From Neovahlkampfia damariscottae (taxonomy: Eukaryota): a stretch of DNA of 20,000 bases. Each line of letters starts with the position of its first letter. The stretch's first letter is position 1. The stretch lies in the NCBI GenBank assembly GCA_016618085.1, contig JABLTG010000102.1:52133-72132 (forward strand), in the 5' to 3' direction. Shown piece by piece: positions 10,855 through 17,663 of the stretch. The translations under genes were made by a program, and so were the position numbers. The notes beneath the pieces are model-generated. The model had not been told where the DNA came from. It saw only the letters and a program-made list of their open reading frames with translations, and ran no database searches.

Positions 10855-12144
10855 TTATTCTTTGAAAAGAAGCATATGATCTTTTTCTAATGAATTTCCT
10901 GAGAATTCTTTTTCCCAAAGTTCTTGATATTTCTCTTGACAATCATCATCAAATTTATCAGGCCAAGGAGAATGATCAACAAAAAAACCAACCACATTTT
11001 CACAATCATTAAGATAATCTAAAGGATGAGCCATATGAGCATGCCAAATTAAATCAATTGCATATGATGGATGACCTTGAATCTCAGGATAAACAGCATT
11101 CATATACATGAAACGTTCATAAGATTTAATTTGATATTCAAGTTGATCAAGTTTACCAGAACGATCAAAATGGGTTGACATAAAACTATTATAAAATGAA
11201 ACCCAATCTCTATCCTTTTTAACATCATCAAAAGAAATGGAAAAAACATTTTTAAAGTTTGAATCTAATTTCATTTTTTTTATATCGACATCAATGCAAA
11301 GAATTTGTTTGTTTTCATTCGTTGAATATTTTTCGAATAATTTTCCATTATAATTTTCTTTATATGTATCTTTCCATAATTTAGAAGTTGTTTCCATTGC
11401 CTTTTGAATGAGCAAAAAATCATATTTTGAAGATAAATGATGATCAATAACTTTGTTGTATAATTTTTTGCAATCTTTTTGATATAAAGAAGGTCTGATT
11501 AAATGAGACATCCAAATACATTCAATATCAATAGTAGGAACTAAGAATGCATCTGGGTATTTAGATTTCAAGTCCATAAATTTTTTATATCTTTCCAATC
11601 CAAATTTCAAGAAATTTTCATTTGAGTGTTCTGATATTTGTGATTCAAGTTCAATTAATTTAAATGCAGATTGTTTTAAATAAGTCAAACTTTTCATTGA
11701 AATGGTCAAATTTGATTGATCATCTGGATGAGCTGTGAAACCACCAACTTGTTTGAAAGTATGTTTTAACTGTTTTCTTTCTTCACTTGGTGGTGGACGG
11801 GCTCTTTTACATGCTCTTCTACCAAAGAATTTTTGATCAAGAATCTTTTGTTTTTCTTGTTGTTCTTTTTGTTTCACTTTGATTTCTTTGTAATTTTCAA
11901 ACCAAGAAAGAGAAGGTAATGGAAGAAATTGATTGTCTTCTTTGTAAATAATATTTTTCCATCCTTTTGAGTCGTTTACTGTAGTATTGATTTCATTGGA
12001 TAAAGTTCTTGTTGTAAGTAATGAAGAGATGTCCAAAAATTCGGTAACTGTTTCCCAGACATCTAATGGAATGATTTGTACTGAATTGGTTTCAGTTTTC
12101 TTTTTGTGAATTTTGATGTCTGTGTTTTGAATTGAGCTCAACAT
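10855..12144 (-). CDS. F-box protein with two DUF1399/GRDP-like repeats
   Basis: F-box-like IPLDVWETVTEFLDISSLLTTRTLSNEIN. Duplicated motif ERYKKFM...LVPTIDIECIWMSHLIRPSLYQKDC...IDH / YERFM...PSYAIDLIWHAHMAHPLDYLNDC...VDH. Confidence 0.8.
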   Translation of the reverse strand: MLSSIQNTDIKIHKKKTETNSVQIIPLDVWETVTEFLDISSLLTTRTLSNEINTTVNDSKGWKNIIYKEDNQFLPLPSLSWFENYKEIKVKQKEQQEKQKILDQKFFGRRACKRARPPPSEERKQLKHTFKQVGGFTAHPDDQSNLTISMKSLTYLKQSAFKLIELESQISEHSNENFLKFGLERYKKFMDLKSKYPDAFLVPTIDIECIWMSHLIRPSLYQKDCKKLYNKVIDHHLSSKYDFLLIQKAMETTSKLWKDTYKENYNGKLFEKYSTNENKQILCIDVDIKKMKLDSNFKNVFSISFDDVKKDRDWVSFYNSFMSTHFDRSGKLDQLEYQIKSYERFMYMNAVYPEIQGHPSYAIDLIWHAHMAHPLDYLNDCENVVGFFVDHSPWPDKFDDDCQEKYQELWEKEFSGNSLEKDHMLLFKE

Positions 12145-12198
12145 TTTGTTTTGATTGGTTGATTTTTAACTGAAACGGAATATTTGATTTTTCTGTTG

Positions 12199-12254
12199 AA
12201 AAGTGACCATTCGGAATCATTTGTGAACTATATATAGTTTTTTAAAATTCCGAA
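12199..12254. repeat. Left-end subterminal inverted repeat plus local palindrome
   Basis: aaaagtgacca (12199-12209) and atcattt (12216-12222) are the reverse complements of tggtcactttt (14252-14262) and aaatgat (14240-14246). Also ttcggaat (12210-12217) / attccgaa (12247-12254) flank the perfect palindrome aactatatatagtt (12226-12239). Confidence 0.8.
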
Positions 12255-12313
12255 ACTTTATAAATTGAACTGAAAAAACAAAATAAACACTGAAAAAAAA
12301 CATCAACAGGTGC

Positions 12314-13018
12314 ATGAGCAATAATGATCAATCTAACGAAAAGTATATCACCAGCAAAAAAGTCAGAGAACAGTACGGAGTTTCTAATTCAACACTCAAA
12401 CGATGGTCAAATGAAGGGAAAATCAATAGTATCCGAACTGTTGGAAACAAGCGACTCTATGGATGTGATGATATCAAAAGAATCTTTGGAGTTGAAAGTA
12501 TTGAAAAGAAAAAGAGAAAGATATGTTATGCCAGAGTCAGTAGTCAAAAACAAAAAGGAGACCTCGAAAGACAAGTGGAAGACCTTAAAAGAGAATACTC
12601 AGAACACGAAATTATACAAGACGTTGGAAGTGGAATCAATTTCGAAAGGAAAGGATTTAAAACCTTGGTGGACGAAATCATGTCTGGAAATATCTCGGAA
12701 CTTGTCATCAGTCATCGAGACCGACTTGTTAGATTTGGATATGCACTTCTTGAACAAATATGCCAAAAGTTTGAGTGCAAAATCGTGGTTCAACATAAAG
12801 ATGTCAACTCCGATCCAACCAACGATCTTGCCGAAGACTTATTATCCATCGTTACAGTATTTACCGCCAAACATCACGGATTCAGAGCAGGAGAAAAGAA
12901 AAGGAAAAGAAAAGAAGCAGAAACTATTAAAGGTAACAAAAAAAGTAAAATTGGAGAGAGAAGAAGTGAAGAAGGTGGCAGCAGACAAATGCAAGAAGAT
13001 TTGACTTTATCCAAATGA
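12314..13018 (+). CDS. tnpA: IS607-family transposase TnpA (MerR-like HTH + serine recombinase)
   Basis: N-terminal HTH (YGVSNSTLKRWSNEGKINSIRTVGNKRLY), catalytic ICYARVSS, DVGSGINFERKG, HRDRLVRFG and LAEDLLSIVTVF. Basic tail KKRKRK. Confidence 0.95.
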   Translation: MSNNDQSNEKYITSKKVREQYGVSNSTLKRWSNEGKINSIRTVGNKRLYGCDDIKRIFGVESIEKKKRKICYARVSSQKQKGDLERQVEDLKREYSEHEIIQDVGSGINFERKGFKTLVDEIMSGNISELVISHRDRLVRFGYALLEQICQKFECKIVVQHKDVNSDPTNDLAEDLLSIVTVFTAKHHGFRAGEKKRKRKEAETIKGNKKSKIGERRSEEGGSRQMQEDLTLSK

Positions 13019-14219
13019 AAATGAAAGAAAGAAATTGAATCAATGGATGGGATGTGCTAGATGGACTTACAATCAATGTTTGAATGGTGTAAACAAAGAA
13101 AATATTTCAAAATCCAAAAAAGAATTGAGAAAGTATTGTTTGAAAAGTACATCGGAAATTATCAAAAAGAATAAATGGACTTCAAATACACCATATTACA
13201 TAAGAGATGAAGCGATGTGTGATCTTCTAAAAGCTTTTAAAACTTGTTTCTCTGCTGGTGAAAAATTCAAAATGAAATATAAAAGAAAAAAAGATAACAC
13301 TGATAGTATTGTGATTCATTTGAAACATTTCAATGCTGCAAGAAAAAAAGAAATGAAAGAATTACTATCAAAATCAAAAGCAAAACAAAAAGAGAAAAAA
13401 GAAACATTTTATGATTTTATTCCTAAAATAAAATCATCAGAAAAGTTACCTGATTCATTAGAATATGATTCAAGAATTATCAAAGATTCCTTGAATCAAT
13501 ATTGGATGTGCATTCCAGTCAGAATGGATAAAAAAAGTTTCGATCACCAAGAAATGAAATTAAAATCCGAAAAGATAGCATCTATTGATCCGGGAGTCAG
13601 AACCTTTTCCACCGTTTATGGAAGTGATGGTATTTGTTTAAAAGTTGCCAAAGGAGACATATCAAGAATTTATAGACTTGGTTGTCAAGTAGATAAGTTA
13701 CAATCCAAATGGAGCCAAAAAGATGTGAAGCACAAAAAAAGATACAAATTTAAAAAAGCAGCAAAAAGAATAAGAAGAAAAATTAAGGATTTGGTAACAG
13801 AAGTACATGATAAATTAATCAAATATCTTTGTGTGAACTACTCCCTAATATTATTACCAATATTTGAAACTCAAAAAATGATTCGTCGCAAAGCAAGAAA
13901 GATTAGAAGTAAAACAGCAAGAAGTTTGATTACATGGTCACATTTCTCATTCAGAAAAAGACTCATAAACAAATTGAGAGAATATCCAGAGGTGTCTCTC
14001 AAAGTAGTTACTGAAGAATACACTTCAAAGACATGTGGGAAATGTGGGAAGTTAAACCAGAAACTTTATGGAAAAAAGACATTCATATGCCCATCTTGTT
14101 CCTATAAAGCAGATAGAGATTTGAATGCTGCTCGAAATATAATGATCAAATCTTTAATTATGAGTCAATGCCTTTATGGTATTGACGTTGAGACCCAACT
14201 CCTTTCTACTCAATTTTGA
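12324..14219 (+). CDS. tnpB: Fanzor2 / IS607 TnpB RNA-guided endonuclease, up to ~631 codons, interrupted by one in-frame TGA at 13002-13004; true start uncertain
   Basis: ORFs 12324-13004 and 13035-14219 are in the same frame and read CKKI*LYPNENERKKLNQWMGCARWTYN (TnpB KIRLYP...RWTYN HTH). RuvC-I SIDPG, LPIFET with relocated Glu in VTEEYTSKTC, zinc finger CGKC/CPSC, RuvC-III DRDLNAARNI. Confidence 0.9.
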
Positions 14220-14300
14220 GTAGATTGCAAGACTGGTGGAAATGATCATTTTGGTCACTTTTGCCAGTTTATAAGTGGGTGAAATACAATAAAACACAAA
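14164..14300 (+). ncRNA. Putative omegaRNA: scaffold ~14164-14279 plus a flank-derived guide
   Basis: Consecutive hairpins at 14164-14186, 14205-14224 and 14232-14268 (the last with 4 G-U wobbles). ACCCA (14193-14197) is complementary to TGGGT (14276-14280). The position overlapping the nuclease 3' end and the element right end is canonical. Confidence 0.75.
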
Positions 14301-14417
14301 TTAAAATTAGTGCAATCAAATCTTGTCCTGAAAAATGAGAACTCTTGAATAAAAGACTTACAATACTCATTCTTGTCAATTGAAGAACGAAAAGTCTTGG
14401 AGAATAAAAATTTACTG

Positions 14418-16949
14418 TTATTCATGCTTAAGTTTTATTGGTTTTCTTATTTCTTTTGAGATTTCAAGTTGACTTTTTTCTTCATTATATCTTCTAATTT
14501 CAACTTCATAATCTTCACCAGAAAACATTTGGTTCATAAATTTTTCAACATCTTTATAAATATTCCACATATTTCTATCATCTTTATTGAATTCCACAAT
14601 TACATCAAATAATGGTTTGTATTTTGATCTTCTCTGAATTTTTTGTTTTGATGATCCCATATTTTTATCGCTCATAATTACAGATTCAATTCCACCAACT
14701 AAACCAACAACTGTTTGATTTTTTTCTAAATTTTCGACGTTTCCATGTGCACTTGCATATAAAATAATTCCTCTTTGTGAACATTCTTTTGTTGCATTAA
14801 CTTCAAATTGTGTTCCAATTTCATCAATTATTAAACAATCTGGTGTGTGATTTTGAATTGCTTCAATCATAATATGTTGTTGATTTTTATTTTCTGGAAT
14901 TTTCATGATTCTTGCATCTCCAACACTTTCATGAGGAATACCTCCAAATCCAGAAATTTCACTTGAAGAATCAACAATAATTGTTCTTGAATTTTTTGAA
15001 ATATATCTCGCAATATCACGAATGAAACTAGTTTTTCCAGAACCTGGACTTCCTAAAAATAAAATTGATTTTTTTTCATCTAAAATGTCAGAAATCACTT
15101 CACAAATTCCAATGATTGGTTTTCCAACTCTTAACGTGATTCCAACAATTTCATTTGAAACTCCTCTTATCACTGAAATTCTATGAAGACATCCTTCTAT
15201 ACCTGATCTATTATTTGGTAAAATATTGAAATTATCAATCACATAATCTATATCTTTTTGAGTAATAAAATCATCTGAAATTCTAATATTTTTTTTTTCA
15301 TAGAAATGTGCTTTTGGGATTCTATTTAAATCCATTTCAATATCAATTAAATCTCCAATATTTTCATTATCAAAAAATTTCAAATATGATTCAGGTAAAA
15401 TATTAATTAATTTTTTAACTTCTTCATTATCAATTTTTAATTGTGAAATTGAAATAGTTTCAATTTTTTGTTCTATTTCCATAATTTCAATTTCAATTTC
15501 TTTCTTTGCTAATAAAGATGCACGACTAATTGGTTCTAAATCTAAAAATTTTTTGAATGAATGTTTAATTCCTTCTTCTATTAATAGAGCATTTGCCATT
15601 GCATCATCTAATGCACAATGAAATAATTCATCAATTCTTTGATGATATAGACATTTATTTTGTTGTTTTAAAAATCTTATTGCTTGTCTTTCGACATAAG
15701 TTGCTTGTTTTTTATTTAAATCCGATAAACTTTGAACTAATTCTAAAACATCAATTACTTTTAAATTTAATTCAATATTTAATTCCTTTGAAATTGCTTC
15801 AAACGTTTTGATTTCAGTTAGTTTTCCTTTTGCATATAAAATTGAAACTTCTTTTGGATCATATTCAATGAAAACTAAAAAATCATTCATTATTGATTTT
15901 AAAGACTGTTGCACCAATAAATCCATTTCTTTGAATGGAATTCCATGAATTTTTTTTTCTGTATATATGGCAGCAGAATACATTGCTGGTTCTAATTTTT
16001 CTATCTGAACATTGATAAATCTTTGAAATGTATCAATTATTTTTCCATCTTTTAATCTTGATTTAACGCAACCAATTTCTAAAGGGATATAAACATCTTC
16101 ATGTGAAGAAATTAATTCAAAATCAATTGAATAAATGTATTTGGGTGAATCTAAAATTTTTTCTTCTATTTTTGGTGACATTTTAATATTAACTATTTCT
16201 GATTTTGCAAAAAATCCATTCAATTTCACAAATGATGCTGAAACTTTAGGGTTGTCATCATGTATTAATTCGAAAACTTCTGGGTGATCTTTGAAAAATT
16301 TTAACCTTTTTCCTTTTTTGTAAGATGAAAGGAATTCACCATTATCAAATTTTTTAAGTAATTCTAATACTTTTTCAACTCTTTCCCATTCAACTGGTAC
16401 ATTTTTTTTGATGAAATTTAAAAATTTTGGAGTCAACTCATTTTTTTCTTCCTTTATCACTTCAATGGTTTCAGAATTTTTTCTATTATTTGTTTCTTTT
16501 TCAACGAGATTTAAAAATTTAACACAAGTGTTTGAGTCTGTCAATTCAAATTGTTGAGTATTTTTTTTAAAAAAATTTGTGAGATTCATATGTTTTTGTT
16601 TCATGTAATTATATTCAATGAATCCAAGAGCATCATTTATGTATTTTAAAGTTAACTTTTTTTCTTTTGTGTAGGAAAAAATATCTCTAACATGAGTTAA
16701 TAAATCTTCATCATTCATATTGTTTTTCAACTTTTTTATCAACTTGACATCACTTTTTTTATCTGTGAATTGAAGTTCAAAATAATTAGAATGTAATTTC
16801 AAAAAAGTTGTAAGTTTTTTATGGTTTAGTATTAAATATTGATATTCAATCTCTCCTAAGCTTTCAAATAAATATGATGCATTCAATGTTATCGTATTTT
16901 CATACATAAATATTTCGTATATGCAATTTAAAAGAATTTCATCGTTCAT
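14418..16949 (-). CDS. Multidomain protein: 3 winged-helix (LOTUS/OST-HTH-like) repeats + Maelstrom-like DEDDh nuclease + Ycf45/SpoIIIAA-type P-loop ATPase
   Basis: Repeats MNDExLL...IFxY...LGxIEY...LTxFxK...FEL. Nuclease motifs SIDFE, PLEIG, IHGIP, CLYH and HCALDDA. ATPase motifs RSGIEGCLHRIS, GITLRVGK, GSPGSGKT, IIVDSSSEI, MIEAIQNHTPDCLIIDEIG and ASAHG. ATG 16949 is preferred (CCAAT at 16989-16993); the ORF extends to 17000. Confidence 0.8.
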   Translation of the reverse strand: MNDEILLNCIYEIFMYENTITLNASYLFESLGEIEYQYLILNHKKLTTFLKLHSNYFELQFTDKKSDVKLIKKLKNNMNDEDLLTHVRDIFSYTKEKKLTLKYINDALGFIEYNYMKQKHMNLTNFFKKNTQQFELTDSNTCVKFLNLVEKETNNRKNSETIEVIKEEKNELTPKFLNFIKKNVPVEWERVEKVLELLKKFDNGEFLSSYKKGKRLKFFKDHPEVFELIHDDNPKVSASFVKLNGFFAKSEIVNIKMSPKIEEKILDSPKYIYSIDFELISSHEDVYIPLEIGCVKSRLKDGKIIDTFQRFINVQIEKLEPAMYSAAIYTEKKIHGIPFKEMDLLVQQSLKSIMNDFLVFIEYDPKEVSILYAKGKLTEIKTFEAISKELNIELNLKVIDVLELVQSLSDLNKKQATYVERQAIRFLKQQNKCLYHQRIDELFHCALDDAMANALLIEEGIKHSFKKFLDLEPISRASLLAKKEIEIEIMEIEQKIETISISQLKIDNEEVKKLINILPESYLKFFDNENIGDLIDIEMDLNRIPKAHFYEKKNIRISDDFITQKDIDYVIDNFNILPNNRSGIEGCLHRISVIRGVSNEIVGITLRVGKPIIGICEVISDILDEKKSILFLGSPGSGKTSFIRDIARYISKNSRTIIVDSSSEISGFGGIPHESVGDARIMKIPENKNQQHIMIEAIQNHTPDCLIIDEIGTQFEVNATKECSQRGIILYASAHGNVENLEKNQTVVGLVGGIESVIMSDKNMGSSKQKIQRRSKYKPLFDVIVEFNKDDRNMWNIYKDVEKFMNQMFSGEDYEVEIRRYNEEKSQLEISKEIRKPIKLKHE

Positions 16950-17663
16950 TTTGTTGGTCTGTTTTGGTGTGAATTTAGAAACGAGAAGATTGGTCAACAT
17001 TTATTATTAAACTGGAAAAATCCATAAATTTTAGATTTTTTTTTAATATTAATTTTCTTTTATTAAATGTTTAATTCATATCCTTCCAAATAAGAATTTC
17101 TCAAAACACCTTCTAAAAAATCAATTTGTCTGCCAGTTCAATCGGTTTAAATAACACTCACGAATATTTTTAGATTTATGAATTAATAAAACAATTTTTT
17201 TGCCTCCCAACAAGTTACATTAAATATGACAAGATAAATACTCTAATAGTATGAAATTGAATCTAACCCACAACCTAACTTTTTTTTGAACTTCCAAAAA
17301 ACTCATCTATTCTTAGAATTTCTCGTTCCTCGTTCTCGACTTTTTTTTCCAAAAAATTTTGGGGTTGAAAAAAAATGAAAAATGGATCCATACTTTTTGC
17401 TCATCGCGGACGTATGATCCATTTATGATTGACCAATAGAACTGGATGTAAAGAATGAAATTAAATTTTTATTGTTTTAATCTATTTTACCTCATTATTT
17501 GTTTAATTATGTGTTATTTAATTAAAATGATTTAATTCATATAAACAAATACGAAATAATAGATATAAAAATAAGAAAAAACAACACGATGATGTAAACA
17601 ATTATTGGAATCATGGTGGCTAATTTGCTGATTAAAATTTATATTTATTCTTTATTTTGCACA

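Larger units (their letters stand above)
12177..14279 (+). mobile_element. IS607-family transposon (TnpA + Fanzor2/TnpB) in a eukaryotic genome; ends approximate
   Basis: Intronless tnpA and tnpB-like ORFs. Subterminal inverted repeats at 12199-12222 and 14240-14262. Candidate GG core dinucleotides at 12177-12178 and 14277-14279. Confidence 0.9.

Noticed and set aside
13002..13004. Genome-wide reassignment of TGA (alternative genetic code)
   Set aside because: No intact host gene needs an internal TGA, Trp is encoded by TGG, and both element ORFs end at TGA in expected positions.
13035..14219. Treating the 394-aa ORF as a complete stand-alone TnpB, or as a Cas12
   Set aside because: It starts at a TTG inside the HTH motif, and homology continues upstream through the TGA. 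No CRISPR array or cas genes are present.
14279..14300. A second in-window target matching the predicted guide
   Set aside because: No convincing match seen by eye; the guide is simply flanking DNA.
12314..16949. Functional linkage between the Fanzor element and the neighbouring Maelstrom-like/Ycf45 gene
   Set aside because: The fusion gene lies outside the inverted repeats, is convergent, and has a host-type CCAAT promoter and TAA stop. Adjacency alone is not evidence.
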